This document shows positions 39,243 to 48,436 of a DNA stretch of 64,000 bases, in pieces (within the stretch, counting starts at the first letter, position 1; the number at the start of each line of letters is the position of its first letter). This DNA is from Phormidium sp. (GTDB taxonomy: Bacteria > Cyanobacteriota > Cyanobacteriia > Cyanobacteriales > Aerosakkonemataceae): assembly GCA_051013385.1 (NCBI GenBank), contig CP143273.1, positions 1,344,001 to 1,408,000 of the forward strand, read 5' to 3'. The position numbers and the translations under genes are program-made. Under the pieces are notes generated by a model, which saw only the letters and a program-made list of their open reading frames with translations, ran no database searches and had not been told where the DNA came from.

Positions 39243-40199
39243 TCACGAAATAGAATCTGTAAGATTAGTTCCAGACCATTCCAAAGTATCACCGATTCTT
39301 TCGCCAGTGTGATAGGCAGCTAAGAGAACTTCGCTAGTTTTGCCCCAGGCAATTGTACCAGAGCGATCGATCCCGATCGCCCCAAAATCCCGCTTATTCC
39401 TTGCACCTTCAGCAAAAGACTTTTCAAACGCTTGCAGCAAAGACAAACCATCAGTTACTCGAATCACAATTTTTGCTGCCAAACATTCATCGATGATATC
39501 TTCACCAATACCTGTACAACTAATAGCCGCTTGATTTGTGGCATAATTACCCGCAGGCATAGCCGAATCGCTAACTCTGCCGATGCGTTCAAAACCCTTA
39601 CCACCAGTAGAAGTGCCCGCCGCTAAATTTCCCTGACTATCAATAGCGACTACGCCAATAGTGCCACGTCCCGCCTCACTATCAACTAAAGCCTTTTCCG
39701 CCACAACTCCCGCAGCATCCTTGACAAAATTCTCATCCCGTTCCTGCATCCACTCTTGTAAACGGATATCAGTCAAAGGGTTATAAATGGGAAGTTGCAA
39801 CTCGCGCAGAAGTTCTCCCGAACCATAATCTGAGAGTACGCGATCCTCAGAAGCCTGTAAAGCCTCAGCCAATAAAACCGGATTCTGCACGCGAGAAACA
39901 TTAATCACACCGCTAAAACGCTGCATTGCGCCATTCATCAAAGACGCACTCATGCGAATTTGACCATCCGACTGTAACACCGAACCAGTACCAGCATTAA
40001 ACCGGGGATCATCCTCCAACAAACGACACCCACGAACCACTGCTGCGGTAGCACTTGCGCCCCCCAACAGCATCGGGTAAACTTCCTCCAACACCTTATA
40101 AAGAGACTTGCGGACAATCTCAACTCCTCCCTTACCCTTGAGAGAACTTCCCGCACCGCCATGAATAATAAGTTTAGGTTGCACCTGCTGTGCTGACAT
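39243..40199 (-). CDS. iaaA: Isoaspartyl peptidase / plant-type L-asparaginase
   Basis: IIHGGAG, FNAGTGS, GTIGVVA (Ntn Thr), TSTGG, GRVSDS, TGIGE; start moved to ATG 40199. Confidence 0.9.
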   Translation of the reverse strand: MSAQQVQPKLIIHGGAGSSLKGKGGVEIVRKSLYKVLEEVYPMLLGGASATAAVVRGCRLLEDDPRFNAGTGSVLQSDGQIRMSASLMNGAMQRFSGVINVSRVQNPVLLAEALQASEDRVLSDYGSGELLRELQLPIYNPLTDIRLQEWMQERDENFVKDAAGVVAEKALVDSEAGRGTIGVVAIDSQGNLAAGTSTGGKGFERIGRVSDSAMPAGNYATNQAAISCTGIGEDIIDECLAAKIVIRVTDGLSLLQAFEKSFAEGARNKRDFGAIGIDRSGTIAWGKTSEVLLAAYHTGERIGDTLEWSGTNLTDSIS

Positions 40200-40251
40200 T
40201 ACAATTAACCTCTCTAATTTCTTCCTCTGTGTCCTCTGCGCCTTGAGCGGT

Positions 40252-40416
40252 TCAATCTTCAAAACTAGAAGCTTGCGTGCGACGACGACGACAACGTTCC
40301 GAGCAATACTTCACATCATCCCAGCAATCGGCCCACTTTTTACGCCAAGCAAAGGGTCGTTGACAGACTGGACAAATTTTCGTTGGTAAGTCAGATTTAG
40401 AACGCTGCCTTGCCAT
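40252..40416 (-). CDS. DUF2256 family small Cys-rich protein (54 aa)
   Basis: Hand translation MARQRSKSDLPTKICPVCQRPFAWRKKWADCWDDVKYCSERCRRRRTQASSFED; below the ORF-track length cut-off. Confidence 0.88.
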   Translation of the reverse strand: MARQRSKSDLPTKICPVCQRPFAWRKKWADCWDDVKYCSERCRRRRTQASSFED

Positions 40417-40516
40417 AATCAAGTGAACGATGTTTTATAATAGATTGCTCTTCTCAATTTTAAAGAATTCCAGTCTTGTAGGATAGGCATCTTGCCTGTC
40501 ATCCCCAGTATTTAAC

Positions 40517-41365
40517 ATGGATGAAACAGCCTTAACCCGAATCAAGATAGTATTAGTCAGACCCCTTGGTGCTTTAAATGTGGGGTCAGTGGCGCGTGTG
40601 ATGAAAAACATGGGACTAACTCAGTTAGTGTTGGTAGAACCGCAATGCGATCGTTTGGGGGAAGAGGCGCGGAAAATGGCATTACACGCTTTAGATGTTC
40701 TCTCAGAGGCGAGGATAGTTGAGAGTATACCAGAAGCATTGGTTGGTTGCCAAAGAGCGATCGCCACTTCTGCCCGTTCCCGTCACTTATCCGTCATTCC
40801 AGAAAACCCCCGTACAGCCTTACCCTGGTTATTCGGCGCAGACTCATCCGCCTTAATTTTTGGCCCGGAAGACAAAGGCTTATCCAACGAAGATTTAAAA
40901 TACGCCCAAAGATTTGTGCAAATTCCTTCGAGTCCAGCCTATCCCTCATTAAATTTGGCGCAAGCCGTAGCAGTTTGCTGTTACGAGCTTTACCAAAACT
41001 GTTTAGAAAACCAAGAAGTAGCAAAGGCAGAGGTAGAGGAAAAAACCAACAAAGACACAGCCGCCTCTTTAGATGCTTTAGAGGGCTACTATCAACAATT
41101 AGAATCCTTACTCCTAAAAATTGGCTATCTTTACCCCCACACAGCAGAAAGCCGCATGGTAAAATTCCGCTTACTATTCAACCGCGCCCAACCCTCTGCC
41201 AAGGAAGTAGCAATGCTCAAAGGTATTATCAGCCAAATGGAATGGGCATTAGGCAGGGGGGCAGAGGGGCAGAGGGGCAGAGGGGCAGAGGGGCAGAGGG
41301 GCAGAGGGGCAGAGGGGCAGAGGGGCAGAGGGGCAGAGGGGCAGAGGGGCAAGGAAAGCCCTTAA
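40517..41365 (+). CDS. trmJ: SPOUT RNA methyltransferase, TrmJ/LasT family, with repeat-derived C-terminal tail
   Basis: NVGSVARVMKNMG, FGPEDKGLSN, YPSLNLAQAV. Confidence 0.88.
   Translation: MDETALTRIKIVLVRPLGALNVGSVARVMKNMGLTQLVLVEPQCDRLGEEARKMALHALDVLSEARIVESIPEALVGCQRAIATSARSRHLSVIPENPRTALPWLFGADSSALIFGPEDKGLSNEDLKYAQRFVQIPSSPAYPSLNLAQAVAVCCYELYQNCLENQEVAKAEVEEKTNKDTAASLDALEGYYQQLESLLLKIGYLYPHTAESRMVKFRLLFNRAQPSAKEVAMLKGIISQMEWALGRGAEGQRGRGAEGQRGRGAEGQRGRGAEGQRGKESP
41252..41350 (+). repeat. Tandem 8-mer (GGGGCAGA)n, about 12 copies
   Basis: Directly visible; the reverse-complement family occurs at 59765-59861. Confidence 0.95.
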
Positions 41366-41490
41366 CTGAGATAAGAGCACCACTCTCAACAAGACTTGAA
41401 AAACCGGGTTTATAAACGAAAAATCTAGGCTTTCAGGTTTAGTTATTGGCAAGAAACCCGGTTTTTAGCCTTGGTGCAAGATCTGAGTTA
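41363..41490. repeat. Nested inverted-repeat element
   Basis: TAACTGAGAT...GCACCA / TGGTGC...ATCTGAGTTA enclosing AAACCGGGTTT / AAACCCGGTTT; followed by (AACTCAA/G)n. Confidence 0.6.
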
Positions 41491-41733
41491 ACTCAAAACT
41501 CAGAACTCAGAACTTTCTTCCCAACTCAAAACTCAAAACTTAAAACTCAAAACTTTGCCCAGTCCCCTTTCTCCTGACAAGAAGTTAAAAAAACAGTAAT
41601 TATTCTTATCGATTTGAGGCTATTTTGGTGTAAATTTCCTTTGTACTGATTTTCGGTAGCATCATTCCCAAAGACTTTGTATAGTGGGAGCGATCGCTGG
41701 GATTTTCTAGTTCTTGGTGGAATACTTTAAGAG

Positions 41734-43347
41734 GTGTCATTAGTGGCAGCTTTCGATAATCGCCCTAAGCGCCGCCAACGGCGACAGCAAACAAAACAAC
41801 AGCAAGCACCACAACGGCAGCAACCAGCCAAGACACCAAGCAAGCAGTCTGGGTCGTCTGGTGCTAAACACATCTTGGAAAGGCTATCGCTAAAGGAACA
41901 GCGACCAAATCAACCAAGGCAAAGGTCTACTTCTGCTGACAGTCGCAACTGGTGGGAGAAACTATTTTCGCAAAAAACTAAATCGCCCGCTAGAAAAGCC
42001 CAGAAAGGTCGCGGCAATTTAGTGGCAGTGGATACGCCGCCTCCATATTCCTCTGTCACGGAATTAAGACCCAGAAATAACAATAATCCTAAAGAGCGAC
42101 AACAAAGAAATTTAGAGCTTATTAAGCCAGTGAGTAGACAGTCTCCAGTTTACGGCAATGGTAGTTATGAGTTTCGGGAAAATGGTTACAAGTCCACTCC
42201 TCGTCCGATTTCATCTTCTAACCGTAGCAAACCCCGTGCCCAAAAAAAGCCGCTTTCACCTTTGGTGTATGGTGCAAGGTTGCTAATTTTGGGAATTGGT
42301 TTGGGTGTGTTTGTGGGTACGCTGTTGTCAATTTTAGACCCAGCAACCCGCCAACCATCTGGGGCTACTCCTGGCGCACAAACTCCAACTACTCCTGCGG
42401 TAATAAGTCCAGCTACCCCGGAAACTTCTGTACCTGGTAGCGCTGCAACTTTCAACCCCACCCAAGAAATTGCGGCTTTAAAAACGCAGATTGCTGCTGT
42501 ATCTTCGGAAAATCTCTTATTTACGCCTGGGGTGTTTGTGATTGATTTAGAAACTGGTAATTATGCAGATTTGAATGGGAATAATGCTATTGCTTCGGCA
42601 AGTACAATTAAAGTGCCAATTTTGATTGCTTTTCTCCAAGATGTGGAAGCAGGGAAAATTCAATGGGAGGAAAAATTGACCCTAAAATCGGAGTTTCTTG
42701 CTTCGGGTAGTGGCAATATGCGGCATCGGAAAACTGGCACTGAATACACTGCTTTGGATGTATTGACGAGGATGATTACCATTAGCGACAATACGGCTAC
42801 TAATATGGTGATCGATCGCTTGGGTGGAATTGAAGCTTTAAATCGGCGGTTTCAAGAGTGGGGTTTAACTACAACTACACTGCGTAACCCATTACCAGAT
42901 GTGCAAGGGACGAATACTAGTAGCCCGAAAGAGTTGGCGGTGTTAATGGCGCGAGTGATGCGAGGTGAGTTGGTGTCAGCGGCTTCGCGCGATCGCATGA
43001 TGGAAATTATGCAACAAACCGAAAATGACAATCTCTTGCCTAAAGGAATTGGTGAAGGAGCGAAAATCGCTCATAAAACTGGTAACATCGGTTCCATGTT
43101 GGCTGATGTGGGAATAGTCAATTTACCCTCTGGTAAGCAATATGTAATTGCTGTCATGGTACAACGTCCCCGTCGAGATGTCCGCGCCCAAAAAATTATT
43201 CAACAAATCTCTAGCACTACTTATCAGTACTTTAACCAAAATCCCCAAAATCCTTCAACCGTTCCCCAAACTCCAGATCCCGATCTACCTAATATTCAAC
43301 CACAATCTCCCGCCCCGACTACGACGAGTTGGATTAATCGTAATTAG
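41734..43347 (+). CDS. Class A beta-lactamase-like serine hydrolase (cyanobacterial PBP-A type) with long basic N-terminus and TM anchor
   Basis: ASTIK (SxxK), SDN, HKTG; start uncertain. Confidence 0.85.
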   Translation: MSLVAAFDNRPKRRQRRQQTKQQQAPQRQQPAKTPSKQSGSSGAKHILERLSLKEQRPNQPRQRSTSADSRNWWEKLFSQKTKSPARKAQKGRGNLVAVDTPPPYSSVTELRPRNNNNPKERQQRNLELIKPVSRQSPVYGNGSYEFRENGYKSTPRPISSSNRSKPRAQKKPLSPLVYGARLLILGIGLGVFVGTLLSILDPATRQPSGATPGAQTPTTPAVISPATPETSVPGSAATFNPTQEIAALKTQIAAVSSENLLFTPGVFVIDLETGNYADLNGNNAIASASTIKVPILIAFLQDVEAGKIQWEEKLTLKSEFLASGSGNMRHRKTGTEYTALDVLTRMITISDNTATNMVIDRLGGIEALNRRFQEWGLTTTTLRNPLPDVQGTNTSSPKELAVLMARVMRGELVSAASRDRMMEIMQQTENDNLLPKGIGEGAKIAHKTGNIGSMLADVGIVNLPSGKQYVIAVMVQRPRRDVRAQKIIQQISSTTYQYFNQNPQNPSTVPQTPDPDLPNIQPQSPAPTTTSWINRN

Positions 43348-43541
43348 TAATTAGTTCCAGAAGGCAAAAGGGGAGAGCCGAAGTTGAGGTCTTTTTAAGT
43401 TGTCATCATTTCTGTGCATTTCCACTTTTGACTCGTTTTGAGGGAACAATTAAATCTGGTTGTTAATTAACCACTCCAGGCACAGAGGACGCAGAGGAAA
43501 CAGGGAGAATAGTTAGCAGGTAATTAGTCGAGTTTGTGTTT

Positions 43542-43643
43542 TTATATTAAGCAGAATGTAGTTACTGTTAAGGCAATTAGTAAACAGAAATGAGGTAAAT
43601 TACTTAACCAGGGACGGTGAGTAATTCGGAGTAATGGATAAAT
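43542..43643 (-). pseudogene. Detached 3' end (33 codons + stop) of the gene interrupted by the IS607 element
   Basis: IYPLLRITHRPWLSNLPHFCLLIALTVTTFCLI*; joins in frame to ...LSALAFS of ORF 45505-48174 when the IS is removed. Confidence 0.8.
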
Positions 43644-43677
43644 AGTTGGTAAAACCATAAACAAATATCTCATGGGT

Positions 43678-44895
43678 TTACTTTGCAGGGGTTAGCCTAA
43701 CTGGGTGAACTACAACACCCTCTATCCCATTGCTAAAAGCGGTTGGGATTGCTTTTCGCATGATGTTATAAGACCCATTAACATCAGCGTTAAATCGCTT
43801 TCCAGATTTGGATTTGTAGATTCCTCTTTTTACTCTTCTACCACTAAACTTATGTTTGGTTTTATTTTCAGATGAGTAAACAGGGATTGGGTCTATATCC
43901 AGAAAAGAAGCTTGAGAAGTATAGGATTCCTCTTGCTCCATAACGTAAATCCCCAGCAACTCGGCTTTGTATTTCAACATTTGAATAAACCGAGCATGGG
44001 GGACTTGCACAAAGCTTTGGTTATTTTGCTTACCTATATTGATTTCTTGCTTCCAGTTTTCATTTTTTCCTATTACCAACGTTCCCATCTGATTGGCATC
44101 AAGAATATCAACAATTAGGCGACTAGCTTTGTGCAGATAATCATCAACTTTGAAGTTACGCTTGGAGCAAAGTTTCTTGAGTCGCTTACTACTGCCTTTT
44201 CCTAATTTGGACTGCATTTGGGCTTGGCGCTTATGGAAATATTGGTTGATTGATTTTAATGGCTTGCCGTTGATCAAGAGCGGTTTGATTCCGGCTTGAT
44301 TGAATGTTACTGCTGCAAGGTTATCCAATCCAATATCAATGCTGGCAATTCGATAAGCGTCTCTTTGTTGACTGTTAACTTCTACCTCATAAACTACCTC
44401 TACCACATAATGATCTAATTTGGGAATTACTCTTACTTGGTTAAGATTAGAGATCTTGGTTTTAACTGCAACGTTGGACTTGGAAAGCTTGACAACACCT
44501 TTGCTGAGGGCTTTCTTGCTAATGGCTTGAGATGTATAAGTGAGTAAATTCCTGCCCTTTTCCTTGTCTTTGTATTTGGGTAAGCTGGGTCTACCTAGAA
44601 ACTTTTTCGGGTTTTCTTTCCACTGTGCCATCGCCGCCAAGAAACTTTGCCAATTCTTTTCAAGACCCATGAGGACAAGCTGACTTACTTTGCTTGGCAA
44701 TGCCTTGTAAACCTCTGTGCCTTGTAGTTGCTTCTGAATCGTTAAGTAATTGAGATAAGTGTTCTCGTGAATAAAGCTTTGGCGGACTAGGTAATTGGCG
44801 TAATTATAAAGATTCTTAGACAACCAACAAAGATTATCAATCTCTTGATAATGCGGATGCCCTTGTTTAATTACCTGCCTCTCTACTAGCTGCAT
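43678..44895 (-). CDS. tnpB: RNA-guided endonuclease TnpB
   Basis: SKNLYN; RuvC-I SIDIGLDNLA; DYLHKAS; EESYTSQAS; RuvC-III NADVNGSYNI. Confidence 0.93.
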   Translation of the reverse strand: MQLVERQVIKQGHPHYQEIDNLCWLSKNLYNYANYLVRQSFIHENTYLNYLTIQKQLQGTEVYKALPSKVSQLVLMGLEKNWQSFLAAMAQWKENPKKFLGRPSLPKYKDKEKGRNLLTYTSQAISKKALSKGVVKLSKSNVAVKTKISNLNQVRVIPKLDHYVVEVVYEVEVNSQQRDAYRIASIDIGLDNLAAVTFNQAGIKPLLINGKPLKSINQYFHKRQAQMQSKLGKGSSKRLKKLCSKRNFKVDDYLHKASRLIVDILDANQMGTLVIGKNENWKQEINIGKQNNQSFVQVPHARFIQMLKYKAELLGIYVMEQEESYTSQASFLDIDPIPVYSSENKTKHKFSGRRVKRGIYKSKSGKRFNADVNGSYNIMRKAIPTAFSNGIEGVVVHPVRLTPAK

Positions 44896-45482
44896 TCTTC
44901 GTCCTTACTCAATTCTTGAATGATTCTTTCTGTCTTTCTTTTGGCTCGTCTTTGTCCGTATAATCTAGCAGCAAATGAGGTAATGATTGCCACCAAATCT
45001 TGCATCAATTCATCTCTGCCATTGTCGGCTAAATTCACTATTTCTAGCCTTACTCCTAGCCTAGAAAGTAATAGCTCTAAATAGTTTGTTCCGAATCTAG
45101 CAAGCCTATCTCGATGTTCAACCAAAAGAGTGTTGTAATCATCTTGCCGCAATAAAGCGTCTAGCTTTTTTCGACTATCATTTAATCCACTTCCCACCTC
45201 CTTAACCACTCGAACAATTTGATAGCCTTTGACGGTTGCGTATTGAGTTAATCTTTCTGCTTGCCTGTCTAAGTTATCTTTGTTTTCTGATGACGAAACT
45301 CTAGCGTAAATCGCCACCTTAATCTGGTCGGGATATGTTGATTGTACCTCTGGCACAAAATCAACAATTACCGTTCCACTTTCTGCTTGAGTGGCCCGGT
45401 GAGGCAGTCTACCTGCTTTCCACCAGCGCCAAGCAGTTTGATAGCTTACTCCTAAGTGTTTGGCGTAATCAGACAATTTCAT
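44886..45482 (-). CDS. tnpA: IS607 transposase (N-terminal HTH + serine recombinase)
   Basis: MKLSDYAKHLGVSYQTAWRW HTH; YARVSS; EVGSGLN; RDRLARFG; FAARLYG. Confidence 0.95.
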   Translation of the reverse strand: MKLSDYAKHLGVSYQTAWRWWKAGRLPHRATQAESGTVIVDFVPEVQSTYPDQIKVAIYARVSSSENKDNLDRQAERLTQYATVKGYQIVRVVKEVGSGLNDSRKKLDALLRQDDYNTLLVEHRDRLARFGTNYLELLLSRLGVRLEIVNLADNGRDELMQDLVAIITSFAARLYGQRRAKRKTERIIQELSKDEECS

Positions 45483-45504
45483 GTCTATATATTACTACAA
45501 ACGA

Positions 45505-48174
45505 CTATGCTTGCCTATAATTTGAGGGAAGTTTTTCCATACTAAAAGCTAGGGCTGAGAGTAAGGTTAAACCTTGCAGAAAAGCAGCTACATCTGCACT
45601 CCAAGTAAGTGTGGGTAATCCTACACCACTGTAACCTAACGTTTGGGCGAATACAGGCAGAATTTTTCCGTCTTCGGTAATTCCAGAGGGGATATAGTAG
45701 GCTAAGTTTGCGGCTAAGGTGAAGGGAAGATAGGCGTAAATTATGGTGAGATAATCGGGCATTTCTCGGTCTTGCCATCGGGCGATCGCATGAGTAAAAT
45801 ATGTCAAAATTGTGGGAATACTCAGCAACAATACTACCACTGGAATTGAAATTAGTAAATGCTCTGAGTCGATCGCTAAATTAGACCATCCTAACCAAGT
45901 TAAAATCTTTTCGGCATGGTGCATAAACACGCCGCCTAATAATAATAATAGTAAGGCTGCTTCTGCTGCAAAACCTCGATGATGATCGAGTAAATCTGAG
46001 GCGGGAAATCTTAAGTTTAGTTGGGCGGAACGATTAGGACAACCTTTTAAACAACTCATGCAGAGTATACAATCTCGATTATCTAATAGTTGTGCTGGGT
46101 GAGAATACAGGGGACAACCTGCGGTTGCTTGTCCTTCTGTGGGTAGTGCTTCGCCATAAGCGATCGCAGTCGATGTGCTACCTTTATAACAGCTAAAAGT
46201 TTGACATTGACTGGCACAAATTTGCTGAGTTGAGCGTAATTCTATCATGGAAAGTTTAGCAAATAAGCCATTCATTCCCCCTATTGGGCATAAGTGACGG
46301 CACCATAATCGACGTTCATAAATTAAACTAAAAATTACTGATCCTAGTGCAATAATTGTTAGTAACCAAGCAGAAAGATAAGCTTTATGGGGTAAATTCC
46401 AAAGTTGTTCCCATAAATAAATTGCCACAAATCCCGCAAATAATATCCACGCACCCCAACGATTTAACCATTTGTTATTCCAGGGAAGTTGCTGACGAGG
46501 AAATAACCATAAAGAGAAGCGACGTATCCATTCTCCTGTCACCATAAATGGGCAAACTGCACACCACAAACGACCAACAAAAGCAAAGAAAAATAAATAC
46601 ATCGGCCACCACCAAGCCCAAAATAAGTTTAAAGTAATACTACTATCTCGTGTTTGGGGGCCAAAAAATCCTAACAGAGTTACGGGGATAAATATTGCCA
46701 TCATTATTCCCCATAAACCTTCAGGATACCAACGACTTAGTAATAAGGGACGCAACCAATTTACATGAGTTAATAAGTCAATGCGAAAGGCGTTTTTATC
46801 TGATTGTACAGACCAAAATAATTGTTCGGGAATTGTTGTTTCTTCTGTGGGGGTGTTGAGGACGGCGCGATGGAGAATTTCTGCGAGTTCTGTTAAGTTT
46901 CCCGGATAATTGTAACTCAATAAACGCCGCAAGTTGGCGCGATTTAGTTGTAGTGTTGGTCGATCGCATTCTCGACAAATCTTCTGGAGAAAATATCTAG
47001 CAAATTCGGGAATGTCTGCTTTTCTTTGATTTAAGGTAAATAATTTAATTGGAATGGTTTCGATTTCGGGAAACTCTAATAAATCGGGAGAAGCTAAAAT
47101 TAATCTTACCCAAGATTGTAAGGGTTGATTTGGGATTTTCCCCCAACAATTACCTAATTTTAAATCTTCGGCTTTGCTTTCCCGATCGATCTGTTCTGCA
47201 TTAGGAATAATATAACCTGTTTTTAGATAGTGAATTAACCGATCGCGATCGGCAATACTCAACAATTGCACATGATCGATTAATAAAGTTCCTCTTTCTA
47301 AAATCGCAATTATTCCCGGTTCTTTTCCGACTTTACCAAACAAAATATCAGTGTTAATTGTGCCATCTTCTCGATTGGGTAATTCAGCACAATCTATTTC
47401 TATAAATGGTTGGGCGGCTACTTCTGAATGAGCATGAATCATTCCTGCTAAAAAAGTTTTTCCTGTACCCGCTTGTCCTTGAAATATTACAGGTTGGAGA
47501 TTATTAGCTGCTTGTTGAATTTGGCTGGCTAATTTTTTTGTGGCTTTGCTATTACCTAAAATTGTTTCGGCTTTAGGTACTGGTTGAATATAGGGTTGCC
47601 AAGTTTGAATTCTGGTTTTCTCGTGACAAATTCTTAAGGTAAATGTGTTTAATTCTTCTGCTAAAATAGCGTTAATTGTTTGGGAAATCTCGGGATATTT
47701 AGGTGATAATTCGGTGAATTCAGTTAATGCTAAAAAGCCGATTTCGCAGTTGGTGAGAGCGATCGCACTACTTTGATAAATCTCTGCACAATTTTCTACT
47801 AAACTAGCATAGCCAAATAGTTCACCTGGGTGATGATAGCGGATAATTGAATGACAAATTGGTAGTAAATGGGAAATTTCTACTACACCAGATTTGAGGA
47901 AATAAAAACCGATTGGACTCTGCCCCTTTTGATAAATTGGCGTTCCCGCTTCTACTGTAAAATAATGTAAGCAATGAACAAGTTCTGTTAAAGTTTGTTG
48001 CGATAACTTCATCCAAATTCGCTGCGAACTTAACCAAGTTACCCATTCTAAAACCAATTGTTCATTTACTAACTCAATTTTCGGTTTTCCTGCGCCTAGC
48101 GGTAAGGTTTGTTCCGGGAAAGATGGGGTTAATTGTGACTGCGATCGATCGATCGCAACTGCTTGGGAGTCCAT
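45505..48174 (-). CDS. cNMP-binding / sigma54-interaction-type AAA+ / 4Fe-4S polytopic membrane protein, C-terminally truncated by IS607
   Basis: cNMP GELFG; GQAGTGKT; YNYPGNLTEL; RLWCAVCP, WCRHLCP, CILCMSCLKGCP; last 11 aa are IS-derived. Confidence 0.85.
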   Translation of the reverse strand: MDSQAVAIDRSQSQLTPSFPEQTLPLGAGKPKIELVNEQLVLEWVTWLSSQRIWMKLSQQTLTELVHCLHYFTVEAGTPIYQKGQSPIGFYFLKSGVVEISHLLPICHSIIRYHHPGELFGYASLVENCAEIYQSSAIALTNCEIGFLALTEFTELSPKYPEISQTINAILAEELNTFTLRICHEKTRIQTWQPYIQPVPKAETILGNSKATKKLASQIQQAANNLQPVIFQGQAGTGKTFLAGMIHAHSEVAAQPFIEIDCAELPNREDGTINTDILFGKVGKEPGIIAILERGTLLIDHVQLLSIADRDRLIHYLKTGYIIPNAEQIDRESKAEDLKLGNCWGKIPNQPLQSWVRLILASPDLLEFPEIETIPIKLFTLNQRKADIPEFARYFLQKICRECDRPTLQLNRANLRRLLSYNYPGNLTELAEILHRAVLNTPTEETTIPEQLFWSVQSDKNAFRIDLLTHVNWLRPLLLSRWYPEGLWGIMMAIFIPVTLLGFFGPQTRDSSITLNLFWAWWWPMYLFFFAFVGRLWCAVCPFMVTGEWIRRFSLWLFPRQQLPWNNKWLNRWGAWILFAGFVAIYLWEQLWNLPHKAYLSAWLLTIIALGSVIFSLIYERRLWCRHLCPIGGMNGLFAKLSMIELRSTQQICASQCQTFSCYKGSTSTAIAYGEALPTEGQATAGCPLYSHPAQLLDNRDCILCMSCLKGCPNRSAQLNLRFPASDLLDHHRGFAAEAALLLLLLGGVFMHHAEKILTWLGWSNLAIDSEHLLISIPVVVLLLSIPTILTYFTHAIARWQDREMPDYLTIIYAYLPFTLAANLAYYIPSGITEDGKILPVFAQTLGYSGVGLPTLTWSADVAAFLQGLTLLSALAFSMEKLPSNYRQA

Positions 48175-48436
48175 CAGTAGTACCTCACGACTCTGAAGTT
48201 TTCTTGGTTAATAGAGCGAATACTGAAATTATTTCCGATTTTCATAAATTCCTAAATAAATTTTAGCTTATATTCTCTACCTTGCTTTAGCAAAATATAA
48301 CTTTAAAATGATTTGTAAAAGTTAATGAACAAATTTTAAATTTATGAATTATTGCCAGAGCAAAGAAATTATGGCAAGATAAATCATTAAAAATAAAATA
48401 GCTAACAACAGATTCAACTTCTTGAGAAAAGCAGCT

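Larger units (their letters stand above)
43642..45538 (-). mobile_element. IS607-family insertion sequence (tnpA + tnpB), about 1.9 kb
   Basis: Serine recombinase overlapping tnpB; TAT at both junctions; removal restores the host reading frame; no GCGATCGC seen inside. Confidence 0.88.

Noticed and set aside
40200..40262. N-terminal extension of iaaA in the ORF track
   Set aside because: TTG start overlapping the DUF2256 gene end and a CTCTG(T/C)G repeat; the family-like sequence begins near ATG 40199.
40747..41452. Alternative-frame and antisense ORFs over trmJ (222, 76, 73, 67 aa)
   Set aside because: Shadow ORFs of trmJ and the 8-mer repeat with no recognisable domain.
41734..43347. Antibiotic-resistance beta-lactamase
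   Set aside because: The omega-loop region (RNPLPDVQGTN) shows no Glu166 equivalent and the protein is membrane-anchored, which fits cyanobacterial PBP-A-like enzymes.
43678..44895. Cas12f or CRISPR-associated effector
   Set aside because: It overlaps an IS607 tnpA and has no array; it is a transposon TnpB.
43642..45538. IStron (group I intron-IS607 chimera) that would splice out and rescue the host gene
   Set aside because: Only about 56 nt lie between the left junction and the tnpA start and about 35 nt after tnpB, too little for a group I intron core.
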